The translations under genes and the position numbers were made by a program. Under the pieces are notes generated by a model that was not told where the DNA came from, made no database searches, and saw nothing but the letters and a program-made list of their open reading frames with translations. This document shows positions 1-12,439 of a stretch of DNA of 64,000 nt, piece by piece. The DNA lies in assembly GCA_036172245.1 (NCBI GenBank), contig JAYWIR010000022.1, positions 2,294,001-2,358,000 of the forward strand. The letters run 5' to 3'. Source of the stretch: Raillietiella orientalis. Taxonomy: Eukaryota. Within the stretch, counting starts at the first letter, position 1; each line of letters starts with the position of its first letter.

Positions 1-1161
1 CCCACATGTTCCCGAAGTCCACCTATGTGGAGGGAGAAATGGACGACGGTGCACTTCGTCCGCGTCTGTCTTGAGCTCCAGGCTAGGCGAGGGTGCTGTG
101 AGAAACGGGAGCTCAGGTCTCCTAGAAAGGGGGTCGAGCCGGAGGCCTGTTGGACCAATTCCTGCAGAGCTTTCTGGGAAGGAAGGGCTCCCAGCGCCTT
201 TTCCGCTTCTGCTCCTCCGAGGGAGAAAAGGTCGTCTTCCGTGACGATACTGGGCAGAACGGGAGCGACTAGCAACCCTCCGGTAAGCTGTTCCCTTCCT
301 TGAGGCGCTCCGAGTGGGCAGGAAGAACCTCCCTCATCGCAGCGCTGCCCTCCCTGAGGGAACATCTGGGCAGCAGCATCGCGGCGAAATGGGAGGTTAC
401 TGTGACCATCTCCGGAAGGGAGAAAGGACCGGGTGAGCAGAAGACGAGCAAGCTCACCGACTCTGCAACCTCCCACTAAAGTCGGCGCTGCTGCTGCTGA
501 ACTGGGGTCTCCCGTGCAACGCTTGCCGTCATCACTGGACACAGAGGGAGGGCTGTGGACCCGAACTGTTCCAGGTGCGGAGAGCAGGAATCTCTCCCTC
601 ACCTGCTTGTGGATTGAGTTGCGCTCCGTCCCCTTTGGGAGCGCCTTGCCGCGACCCTAGGAACCCCCGGCGGCAACTCCAGGGACGCTGTTAGACCCGT
701 CTTCGTACGCGATGCCCTTCGTCCGGCAGCCTCGCTAGCTGCCCTGCCTGGAGCAGATCTCGCTAGCCGCGAGATCGTCGCTACCTGAAGCGACGCAAGA
801 GGAGGGCACAATATCCACTTTGCCGTCCGATTCATGAGGATGGCAACAAGATGGCCCCATCCGGACAGCAATATCCATCAAGACCTCACCGGCATCCTAC
901 AGAGGATGCACAGGACTGCCACCAGCATACAGTGACCCCTTCCCGCACCCCCCAAAGTTTATTCATCTTTATTTTTTCTTTCTTTTTTTTTTGTTGTTTG
1001 TTTGCCCCCTTTCCTCTGCTGCCGTGGCAGGCCGCGCCGGTCTGCGAACCGGTGACGAGGCAGGCTCACACAAAAAGCGCGTGGTTGGACCGCCGCTCCA
1101 ACCACAGTCCTCATAAAATGTTTATTTTTTTATTGAAATGAACGCCCGGCGCACCCTGGTG
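1..1161 (+). mobile_element. 3' part of a degenerate L1/Tx1-type LINE (ORF2 C-terminus, 3' UTR, terminal hairpin)
   Basis: Frameshifted translation gives KWEVTVTISGREKG...LPLKSALLLLNWGL...NCSRCGEQESLPHLLVD*VALRPLWERLAATLG, a CxxC..E...H motif typical of the L1/Tx1 ORF2 C-terminus. It is colinear with ORF 30117..31115. A T-rich tract at ~958-1003 and the structured 3' UTR follow. Confidence 0.8.
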
Positions 1162-1344
1162 AGAATCGAAGCGCTCAGAGGCCGCGGACCGTTCTTGGGG
1201 TCGGCTGGCTGCATGCAGGCAGGGGGAGGGCGCAAGCGAGCGCCTTCCCCTCTGCCATCCCGGCGCTTTTCCCTTCTCAAGACCCGTGCGGAGTCTCCAC
1301 GCAATCCCTGCCAAGAAGGGAAGCGAAGCCGTTCCTTCCGGGAC

Positions 1345-1442
1345 TTCCAGGGAGGGAATTTCCGCTCCTTCGGACGAGTAAATGGCGTCTCGAACTCCGC
1401 GGGGGGAGGGGAGAAGGGGAGGATGCAGGTCCGATGAATCCC
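1345..1442. repeat. ~100-bp dispersed repeat, inverted copy at 5470-5566
   Basis: TTCCAGGGAGGGAATTTCCGCTCC...CTCGAACTCCGCGGGGGGAGGGG...GATGCAGGTCCGATGAATCC matches the reverse complement of 5470-5566 with few mismatches. Confidence 0.85.
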
Positions 1443-4400
1443 ACGCCCCGTAGGGGGAGGCGGCGTTTCCGGGGAACTGGCGCGCCGCCACTCCTCCACG
1501 CGGGCAGACGCTGCCTCTGCTGAAAAACCGAGGCTGGCTGGCTGGGCGAGCCTTCCGCAGTGCCCGCTTCGCGGCAGCACCGGCGGCATCGGTTGCGCGC
1601 CCGAGATCCGAGAGTCCCGGCGAAAAAACGCGCCGAAGGCGAGGGCGGGCCCCGACCTCGCCCTCTTCGTGCCGTTCCGGGCCACCTCGGAGTCGCAACA
1701 GGGGCGGAGCAGGCCGGGAAGCGCGCCGTGATCCCAGGCAACCTTCGCGGGCGTTGCCGTCGTCGCAACGAACGCCTTCACGAGCGCTCTGAAAGCGCCC
1801 CGCGTGTGCGCTGGCACGGGACCACCTCAAGGCGCAGGATGCCTCCTCCTCCACCCGTCCCGCGCGCGCCCTTCCCACACACACACACCGGCGAGCAGGG
1901 CTGCCAACTGACGCCCAAATAAATAATTAGGAACAAGTGCCCGCGAGCTGGCGACAAACCCTGGCAGCTCTCCTTCCCGGCTACCCGTCCAAACTTCTCC
2001 TCTTCCTCTCAATCCGACCGATTTTTTTTTCTTCGCATTCTTTTTTCCTTAATTAAGGAAAAACTTTGGTGGTAATTTATACTCTTTGACACTCACGCAA
2101 GCACCCCTGCCTTGGAAAGCCGGAAGAAGCGCAGACATTGATGGGCCAGCCCGCTCATGTGCTTCTCACGCAAAATCATCCCTTAATTGGCATTCCGCGC
2201 GTTGCAAAGAGCAAAAGAACGAGGGAACCGTGGGCAACGGCTCGAACTACACGGAGGGGCCCCCGAGTGGCGATTCGCAGAGTCAACGCGGGCAGTCTCT
2301 CGATACGCCCGATGCTCTTGGCGCTTGCTTCGGTTCGGCGAGCGGCGGACCGTCACTCTGCTGCCCCCGACGCTGAGGAAGGTGAGGGCCATTCGCCGCC
2401 AACGTGCCGCTGGTCCCAAAACAAAAGTCGAGACCACGCCTGTTGGGAGCGGTTCGGGGCTCAGGCGACGCCTCTCCCCACGGCTCGTGCTCTGGACAGA
2501 GAGCATCCGTGTCGGCGCTCCCTCCACGGCATCCGCACATTCTGAGCGAAATCCTTCTCCTTCTTTTTCCACTTTGGGCAGGAACCTGGCGTCCTTCCTG
2601 CGGGCACCTCAGCACTCTAAGGTTCACGACACAGACAAAGAGGCGTGCAGGGCGCCCGGTGCAGCAACACCAGCGGCGACAACTCTGCCGCGCTTTGCAG
2701 TTGCTCGTTTGCAGTCTTTCTCCGCGTTCTCGACACCCTGGGCTCGAGGCAAGGGAGCGTCGCTTCCATTGGCAGGCAGCTTTCCAACACGCAGCTCAGG
2801 AGACTCTTCTTTTGGCCCTCCAGGCAGAGGAAGCGGCTCGTCCTGGACACGACGCTCCGCATACCGCTCCATCCCGAAGAATGACTCAGGGAACCATCCG
2901 TGACATTCACGGTTGCACGAATAGTCTGCACGACCCCGAGGAAGTCATCGGAACTCTCACAATGCCGTGCCTTTTAAGGGGGGGGGGCAGGGAGTGAGCG
3001 TGCACGTACATTCACACCTAGTCGAAGAGCTGGGCACCTTTTTATGATGCATTCATTCGTTGCCGCCATTCGGTGGTTCCAGGATCGACAATCTTGGATT
3101 CGTTATATCAAGTTATGGAAAACGCGTTCGTCACCCACGCCGCCAGGCCAGCCGCGGGAGCACCGATCTGGCACCCCTGCGCCCCCGCGACGCGGCGTCG
3201 CAGTCCCCAGAAAGGGAAAGGCCCAGGCGCTCCACAAAGGGGCGGCCACTGTGAAATTCTCGGCGAAGCTTCTCCCGAAACAGGCGGCGCCGTTGGATTT
3301 CATACTCCCCCCCCCTCCCCTGGAAGCACCTGAGAGGAAGTGCGTCAAAGGCAAAGGCGGCTAACTAGTCGAAGCTTGGAATCGTTAACGCCTTTTTGTC
3401 TCTTCCTCCTCCTCAGAGGACAGCTCCGTGAGTCCTGCTGTGAGCAAGATAAAAAAAGTAGACTTTTCCCATGAAGGGGCGAAGAACATCCTCTCTGCAA
3501 ATCATAGAGGAAATAAATTGCAGCCTCAGAGCGGGACAAAAAAAAAAAATCTAGCAAAATAAAGATAAATAGACGAATGGCTCTCAGTGTGGATTAATGT
3601 AGTGTCTCGTGGAACTTCCTTAGTGAGATTTATTCCTCATCTTTCGGAAGACCGTCTCTTCCTCTCCGGTCTCCATTTCACCCTTTGTTATGAGAAGAAT
3701 CCGTCGTGCTTGCACTTGAAGAAAGCTCCGTGCTTTCGATCGGAGCTGATTGACGCCTAGGGAGGATGCGCGGAGTCTGGGCACGGGAACAGTGACCACC
3801 GTGTTGTGCACGCATTTCTCGAAAACGATCACGCTTAAGAAACCGAGCTGCGCGCTCCCACTCCTTCGCTCCGTCGTCTCCCTGAATGCTCTCTGCGTGC
3901 AAGAGTTCTTCCTCCTTTTTTCCCCCGGCTAGATGCAATGGTCCCTGGACCGCGAGGAGCGTTCATTTCCATCCACATGCCCAACATGAATTTTCACTGT
4001 CATGAAAATTTCTGTCCACACCTGCGCGGGATCCATCATGCATCAAAGAACCAGATGCAAAGGAAGTGCACTGTAGGAACGGGCACGTAAAAACAGGCAT
4101 GGCAAAATGGTTGCAGTTGTTCCCTGCCATCACCATGCAGGCAGAACACGTTGACGTCACCCAATTAAGAAGCACCCGACGCTCTTGCGGCTTCCCAGCG
4201 GTTCCCCATCCCACGGTTCGTCCAAAGGTGATGCCCCCGAGAACCGGCAGGAGGTCGACCCGACCAGGACCGAGGATGCATTCGGCGCGACACCATTAGG
4301 GAGAATACGAAATGGCAGTTCGCCTATCCGGAAAGCACATGGCGCGACTAATGGACTCGCAAGACAACACCGCTCACCTCGTAACCTTTCGTTGCCTCCG

Positions 4401-5469
4401 CAGTGGGCTCGAGAAGGAAGGCTGTTCTGGGCCTCTCGATCTGATCAGCTAATTGGTATTTTAAGTGCATTTCCTAGCCAAGAGAACGTAATGATTAATC
4501 GCTGGGCACTCGAAGTACCATTTCGCTATCTAATCTTGGAGAGATCGAGTCAGGCGACAGTTAGAAATTAAAAGTACCGTATTAGCTTGTGTATGAGCTC
4601 CCTGTTCTGGACACGGGTGTACATGAGGAGCGAGTTGCGTATTTTCCTTTTTTCTTTAAGGAGGGTTACCACCGCTTCACGGGGGACACCTTCTTTGGGG
4701 GTTCGCGCTGTGTGTCTCTGCAATCCTATGCCATCTCACTGTTGTGTAACTTCGATGGGGTTTGCATCCTTTTCTTTTGCTTGCTCAACTTCCTTATGCT
4801 AAGGGAGAAGATGGAAGTCTCACCCCGCATAATTAACATGTGTGACAAGAATATCTCTCACCACAATTCGGAACCGAGCGTCACAGGGCGGGCGCTGTGC
4901 TCGGCAGGCATCCTGGAACACATCCAGGATCCAGTTGATCATCACCAGGCGAGAAACAACACATGGGTCACTAGAAGAATTCCGAGACACCGCCTACAGC
5001 TCCCGCTGAGTGAAGCTGATGAACACGAATGAGACCATAGAAAAAGATACGCTTGCAAGTGCACACAACAGGTTCCATCCTTGTATGGCGCGCTTGGGAT
5101 CCGTGCGCCAACTCCGCGCGTTGAATGCTTCGTGTTCCCTGCACGCAACTGGTGTTTCGACACGTTTAGAGGCACTGAGAGGAAGGGCATTTGCCCAGTT
5201 CTAGCCGGGCGTAACCGGAAACACCTTGCTCGAGGGACCCTGCCGGGATGCCCTCGACGGCAGACAACGTTCAGGAATTCAATCTGCACTCGTCGCTAAC
5301 TCGGTGGTGGGCAGCGGCACCATCAAATCTTCGGAAATGAGAAACCATCTTCTGTCTTAGGGTCATGCCCTCTATCTATATCCACTTTGCCGTCCCGAGC
5401 ACACCACCCCGTGCGCTTCGGAGAAAGACATTCAAATGTCTTTTTCCTAACAATAAACACCAAGATGAC

Positions 5470-5566
5470 AGGATTCATCGGACCTGCATCCTCCCCTTCC
5501 CCCCTCCCCCCGCGGAGTTCGAGACGCGACCTACTCGTCGGAGGAGCGGAAATTCCCTCCCTGGAA
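5470..5566. repeat. ~100-bp dispersed repeat, inverted copy of 1345-1442
   Basis: Direct sequence match to the reverse complement of 1345-1442. Confidence 0.85.
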
Positions 5567-6289
5567 AGCCAGGGTGGAGGGAATTCATACGGAAGACGCA
5601 TTCATTCAAACCCGTCTCCTGTGTGGATCTGAAGAGAGGAACAGCAAGTGTCCTACCTGCTACACAGCCTTGCAGGGTAGCTTTCGGTCTGAACGTCTTC
5701 TTGAACGAGAAGTGGGAACAGAGGGTCACTTTAAGGTGACACTTGAATTGCCAGTTATTTTGTCAGAAATGCAGTTAGAGCAAAGCGACTTAAAACATGC
5801 TTGTACTATGCTCATTTTTATTCTTTACTAGGTTTCCAAGGAACCTGAAGGCAGCAAAAACTAAGGACAGTTTATTTGTTCCGTCACAGTGCGGCGAGAA
5901 AGCAAACACACGAGCATCTTTCCAGAAACAGTTAACGTCGGCACCAACGTACGAAGACTCTTAAATAAAAGACTAGTGGTGAAAGGATAAAACTCGCAGC
6001 GTCCACAGAAACATCAGCGTTTCACGTGAACAGTAGCAAACCCAAAAACTCTCCATAAGACGAGCCAGACCTAATTGATATCCAGATCCTTCGAAGACTG
6101 TCGGACGTTGACCTGGGGGGGGGGGCATTGCTGGCCGCATGCTGGTTCCCAACGACCCGTGTGCTAACGCAAGAGCGTGTACCGACGAGTGTACTATTCC
6201 TTTGGTAAACGCATCACACAGGTGATTATTTCCCCCTCTAATAGCATTCTGGCAAAACGGGAGGTAATATGCCCAGAATGATTTCGGCT

Positions 6290-6580
6290 TTGACCCCATT
6301 CGTAGCGCATGCACGAATGATGGGAAGACGAAGGTCTTGAGAGCGTCCAGCTTTTGCCAAGGGGCCAGGGGGGGAATCAAGGACTTTGGCCACGCTCTCA
6401 AGTATTTCGTCGTCCAGTGCGTCGCTGTGGATCTCATCGGACCCGATTGGCTTTCCTAGATCACTGTACGTGCCAGCGTCTGAGGGGGCGGGTATGGGTT
6501 CACCCACCACTCGAAAGTGAGCCTGGCCGACGGCTCTGGGGGTCTTCGGGTCATAGTGGAGGGAGGCGATTGCAAATTTG
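6290..6580 (-). mobile_element. Utopia/NeSL-like (restriction-like endonuclease group) non-LTR retrotransposon RT/thumb fragment
   Basis: Two frames join as ASLHYD...FRVVGEPIPAPSDAGTYSDLGKPIG...VLDSP / LAPWQKLDALKTFVFPSFVHALRMG. YxxLGxPxG followed by LAPWQK..AL.TF is characteristic of the region just after RT motif 7 in NeSL/Utopia elements. The fragment is frameshifted and isolated. Confidence 0.7.
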
Positions 6581-7626
6581 ATTGTGACCCGGCACGCGTG
6601 GAACGTAAGTACAGTCTTCAAGTAAACGAGGTGCGTCCTTGGCGAAATTTGAAAAACACTTCATTTCCCAAAAGTGTTTCCTTTGAAGAGGGTTGCCGTG
6701 CACGGTTAAGGGAAAGACTCATTTGCTGAGGATCTCGGCAATCCAGAGGTTGAAACCGGAAAGTCGGAAATACGCGGAGGAGAAACCTGGAAATTTGCTG
6801 AAAACAAAAGTTGAACGAGGCCCATCCTTGTAACAAGAATGTGCTTGTCTAATTCATTGATGATTTTTCTTTCTATCCTTCTTTTTTTGGTAGTTAGTTT
6901 TGCATTTCATTCTGTTATCAGCTCAAGATTTCAGTGTTGGCCTTGAAATGCTCTCTGCTATGGTTTCTAGTTTCACTAGTCAGTTTCACTTATGTGGGCA
7001 AAATACAATTCGTTCATGATTAATTTTGATGTTTTAATTGATTTTCATTTCACTCAGTTTACATTTTGAATGTTACATGCTAGTTGTGAACAATAGCCCA
7101 ATCCAAGCACACACACAAAGCATCAACACATCTTGGTAGGATCCATCACTATAAACTAAAGACCATGTGGCATGCTGCTTTGTAAGGCTGATCAAGTTTC
7201 AAAGGAGTATTTCCCATCTTTTACATATAGATGTCTGAAACACATGATACTCATAGCAAAACTGGATATATAATCTGCAAGTACAATTAGCACTGACTGG
7301 ACATGTACTTGCTTGTTAGAAACAGAATTTTTATACGAAAGTGCATTTACTTCATTAATCCATTCACTAATTCACCATGCAGGTCCTTTTGCTTCAGTAG
7401 CATGCTATGTAATTTTTTATCAAAATGCATCCCCTTTTTCAGTACTACAATGGATTACAAATGCTGAACCTATTTCTTTGCTGATATGCAACCACATTTC
7501 ATGACGAATTCTCAAGCATGATCTTTTGTGCAATGAAGGCAGTGTAATGACACACATTAATGCAATCTATTCTGTACAGTACTTTGAGCTTGATAGAGAT
7601 TTTGAAAAGCAGATACGAAATTTTTG

Positions 7627-9878
7627 CTAATTGTCAAAAATATATGATTGATGAGTAGCCAAACCTAGTTCCTCAAGAACCCTGCAAGATATGCACTGAT
7701 CAGATTTGTGAATACAATGAATTCGGAGTCACCTCTTGCTAGTAGTGATAAAAGCAGTCGGTCCACAGACACAGACAAATGAAGAAACTATATGCTGCTC
7801 TAAAAGAGAAGACCTGACATGCCCAGTCAAACCAGCCCAAGATGAATCAGCATGGGACAGCACATGAAAAACTTGCAAACGGCTGGGCCCATGACAATAC
7901 AAATACCATTTCTTACCATGAGAACTTCTGACTCAAGGAGTCCAATTCCTGCTGCCAGATGATATCACCAGCTGTTTTATTAAAAAAGAAGAGCAGGATA
8001 GAGCATGAGTTTCTAAACAAAAACCATAAGCACTCTATCTGTCATATATTCACCTGTGAAGAGTATTGAGTAAAATGGATAATAAAGGAGTTATGCCTGT
8101 TCCTGCAGCAAGTAAAATCAACTGTCTCATGTTGCGCAGACAAGTTTCATTAAAAGGAGCTTCTGGAGAGCTGATTTTTATGGTAGATCCTGAAAGGCAG
8201 TGTATTGGGTTTAGAGGCTATTCTTACCTATGCTTAATGTTGAAAGAAAGGGACTCATTAGACCATTGGGGTATGTCTTGACTAAAAGAGAAAACTTCTG
8301 AAGCATGCTGTTTTCTTGTTTCCTTGCACAATAATAAGTGGATTCAGTCCAGAAATCAGAAATGGGAACGGGAGTATAAGGGCGAACAATGTCCACACCT
8401 ACAAGGCTGACCCATCCACATGAAATAAACCTCTTGGGACATACCTCCTATATTCGCCATGACATAGGTATGAGCTCCTGGAGATAGGTGCATACAACAG
8501 TTTTCTGGTAATGTTAAAACCAAGGACTGAGTATCATGGGTGACAGCATTTTTGGCAAGTAAACTGCATTGAATATACTGCTGACTCCAATGGTCTTTAG
8601 TAAACACTGTAGCCTCATGTTTCAAATACTCAGCTTCATTCCTCCAGAAGGTCGCAACCAGTTTTTTTGTCATCTCAATCTGCAGCTTTGCTGCTTGCCA
8701 AGTTACATAATAGGGAGATACTAGAGGCATCAGAAAAGTAACTTCCAGCTTCCAGATAGCATTCGGAAGACTAACAATAATTTGCAGCTTGTAATTATCA
8801 TGCATGATGACAAAGCAACTAGGCAGGATTGTAGACTGGGTCCAGTACCAGATAATAAAAGTCATAGTTCCTGTTTCATACCAGGTAAACTTTGGAGAAC
8901 TAATATCTTGTGCTAATGTGGAAAATAATGAAATTGCTGGTTTCTGGTTAGATACACACTTGTAGGAACTTTGAAAATCTGGAGCCTTGATGAAGGAGAA
9001 GATCCAACTAAATAGCCAACTTGACATTTCTGCAGCAATGATTCAAAGTTAACCCACTTGTGGACCTACACAAAATAAGCTCCTGAAAAAATAATCTACT
9101 GTGAATTACTTGATTGAATAGATTGGTAGCATCTGAACCAATACCACGCATTAACTCATTGGTACCTCCAGGATGAAAGTCAAAATATGCTGTTACATTG
9201 TACACTCGACCTAACAATAAACACCAATTCTTCATGATCATTCACATTCAATATTCAGATGTTTTTGAAAAAAAACAAAAACAGAAACAAATACAACAAA
9301 CTGTAAATAACTTTAGACAAATAACTTTCAGAGCTATCCAAGCATCCTCTTTGGTATTGTGTTGTTCTAGAATTTCCTTTGTAACATTCATCATTACACC
9401 ACCATTTCCAGCCAAGTCCTTCCCTGAGTTTGTAAGACGAATCCAATCCATAAGAGAAAATCCAGCTCCCAGAAAAACCTTCGTTTTTTTAGTACCTATA
9501 AAAACCATAAGGTTTCAAAGATTTTTTAATAAATCACCTGAACAATCATGTTTCAGGGTCTTTTAAATATGCAAACATGCAAAAAATTTTCAATAACGCT
9601 TTCCTCACTTTGGAACAAAATTTGGTTTGAAAGCTTTATAAGAATACCTCGAAAGGTATGTGGGCAACCTAGTGCCCATCAAGGAAAGTGGAAAAACTAA
9701 TAATCGAGCTAGCATATCTGATTTTTATGTTCATTTTATTCAACAACAAAATCGACAGCACTGTTAAATAAATAAATATGTACACAATCCTACCACTGAA
9801 GTTTTCGGAAACATTCGGTAATTCCAGTCTGACTGGGGTTGTTCTCTTTTCATCATTACCTTCCTCATCCTCATCCAT
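7627..9878 (-). CDS. CYB5R4: Cytochrome b5 reductase 4 (NCB5OR; cyt b5 + CS + FAD/NAD-binding domains), multi-exon
   Basis: Exons encode KVFLGAGFSLMDWIRLTNSGKDL (CYB5R4 N-terminal signature), GRVYNVTAYFDFHPGG (heme-binding HPGG), VHKWVNFESLL, DIVRPYTPV (FAD motif) and VCVCGPTAF (NAD motif). Stop TAG at 7629-7627. The start is tentative (ATG 9878, MDEDEEG); an upstream ATG|GTGAG micro-exon at ~10012 is possible. Confidence 0.9.
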
Positions 9879-11498
9879 ATCCTTATCAACCGCTGATGAG
9901 CAGATCTGCTCCAAGATTTTCGCTCATCAAATCTTGTTTAGAGCTGGAACAAACTGTTGGCTCTCATTTCTTAAAGAAACTTTAGTTTCCCGTGAATTTC
10001 AGCCCTCACCATCAGGTTCAGAGATTGATTAAATGTAAGAGAAAAGTATTGATTATCCGCAAAGGTCTTCAATTTCGATAAAAACGCTCGTAACCTTAAA
10101 ACATAACGATATGAAAATGCAGATAAATGGAAAAGACAGCACAGAACATCTTATCAAAGTATTTCATGAAGGATTTGTCTCAAAAAAATTCATCTTACTC
10201 CGGAGAGATATAAAGTGGGGAAAAAGGAAACATTCAATGTGATGATCTTACAAGCCAAGCCTCGGTGTAACAGAAGGCCGATTCTTTTGTTCTGTGACGA
10301 GAGTGCTTAAAAAAATAACGAATTTTCCTGCTTATATCCATGATTATATTTACTATACTGTGCTTTCATTCCTCGAGCAATAACTCAACCGTCAAGGGGA
10401 AAATCTGGGGGGATTTCATGTATCTCCCGTATTTTGCAGAAATGCATACCAGTGAACTCGGAAAAAAGCTTACTATTTCTTCAAACTTCAAAACCTCTTG
10501 GTTTTGAAAAGAATAATTTCAAAAATTTGAGGATTCAGAATCTTTGATGATGCACGGTTTCTTGAGATCTTGCAAGTTGAACAGCGATGATTTCGAAGCG
10601 TGAGCTGCAGTCTATGAAACCTTTCTAAAGCATTAAAAAAAGTGGCCTCTGCTTTTTTTCGACTGGTACTATGAGCTGTGCATGTCGAGTTTCCACGTGC
10701 AAATAATCGGCACACAAGATTCCCCCGAATCTTGCCAAGCTGTTCAGTTGTTTCACTTTGGATTGTTTTCTATTTTGCTACAAGGTTGACATTCGAAACA
10801 GCCACGATCGGAAATGCCGCTGAGAAATTATTGCTTCCACCTGAGTGCTCTTGGAGAAATACAGTTTGCTCAGTCTTCTGGGAGAAGCTATTGCATATTT
10901 GTTGGTGCCTTCCTACGTTCTGTCAGTGTGACCAGTTTTCTTGGGAAATTTGGCTTACCTATCACTATTTGCCAATTATTTTACGAGCTAATAAACAAGC
11001 ATCATTTCTTTTATTTACTTGTGAGTGGTGGTGTTGTTACAACTCCTCCCATTTATTTTTAAATGCTATTACACTCCATTAAGAGATGTTGGTGCATCAT
11101 TAGGTTTCGGCGGGATTTCAGACATTTCAATTATACAGAAGTTCATTACAATGCTTTATCTAATGCTATTTAGAATCAGTGTTCGTGACATGCAAGGATT
11201 GCTTCTGAAATAGCATTTTTTTTTCTTTAAACGCTATCATACGAAAATGAGAAAAAAGAGCGAGAAGGAAACAGAGTGTGTTCGTTTAAAGTTTTCCTAT
11301 CGAAAAGATATAGATATTCCTTCGAATGCGAAAGCTTAATTGTTCTTTAGGCTGCTTCTTTATATTTTTTCTTTAAAAGCTGTTTAGAATTCTCAAAGTT
11401 AATTTTTAAGCCGGCTCAGGAGATTTCTCTCTGGTCTCTAATCTCCATTTCTTGCTGAAGTAGCGTCTCACTCTTTGTTACAAGTTCAGACTGTATAC

Positions 11499-11565
11499 CT
11501 ACACACACACACACACATACACACACACGCACACACACATATATATATGTATATATATTAAGAGT

Positions 11566-11597
<32 letters not shown>

Positions 11598-11672
11598 ACT
11601 CTTAATATATCACTATGTATATATATATATATAGGCAAAGATATATTTGTGTGCGTGTGTGCGCGTGTGTAT
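11499..11672. repeat. Composite microsatellite (CA)n-(AT)n-(TG)n with internal inverted repeat
   Basis: (CA)n at ~11501-11538; ATATATTAAGAGTTAT and ATAACTCTTAATATAT flank an (AT)n core at ~11553-11610; (TG/CG)n at ~11648-11671. Confidence 0.95.
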
Positions 11673-12439
11673 CCACAAACAAACAGGAGCACATTAGCTC
11701 TTGTTTATGTTTTCCATTAGCGTGACTCAGAACTTTAACATATCTAAAATTTCCATGCATTTTTTGTAGAAGGATTTTCCCATCAGTATAGGAAGAATAT
11801 TTTTCTCCTTCATGAGAGAAATTTTCAACTTGGTGTTTGGAGTCCTTTTAACGAACAGCATCAGATGGGCTTCTTAATCAACTGAATTTATAGTAAAAGG
11901 ATGAATAAGATGTGTTATTTTTGAAAATTAAAGTCGAATTACAAAAATTTTATTCTGGAAATATATAGAAGCTAACATTTCAGTTCTGTGATTCCACTAG
12001 AGCGTATGGTTACAGATTATGGGTGTATAAATTGAATTGGAATTTAATTGACTACAGTTGTCAAAATGTACACGAAAACAGCATAATAGAAATCATAAAA
12101 GTTATAGATTATAGTATCATCGCTAGAAACATACTCAAGTTGATTTTAAGTAGTCATGCAAGAATACTTGAATACTCCTTAGCAATTGCATATGTCATTT
12201 ATTGCCTTTGTAAGTATTTTTGATCAGATAAACAAGGTAAAAAAACAAGAAAATTAAATATATTTGAATTTTTTCGAATAATTATGATATACTTTCAGAT
12301 GCTAAGATTTTTTTCCTGCTAAGGAATTATATGGAGTTGGAACAGTGGGCATTGAACATGAAGAAGTTGGTATGCGTGAGCATGAGAGTTAGATATCCGG
12401 AACACTGAATTCAGGAAGAGCTTGAATGCTGCCACCGAG

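Noticed and set aside
5446..5463. Exact 18-nt match CCTAACAATAAACACCAA to the CYB5R4 acceptor region (9210-9227)
   Set aside because: No flanking similarity and low-complexity A/C content; compatible with chance in a 64-kb window.
6725..6775. CTGAGGA...GAAA hammerhead-like core
   Set aside because: Stem II is not directly followed by GAAA, and stems I and III cannot be formed convincingly.
9898..9911. 14-bp palindrome GAGCAGATCTGCTC near the CYB5R4 start
   Set aside because: A single short palindrome of a length expected by chance in this window.
10678..11082. ORFs of 134 and 82 aa between CYB5R4 and RPL37
   Set aside because: No recognisable homology or splice structure; likely promoter/intergenic DNA.
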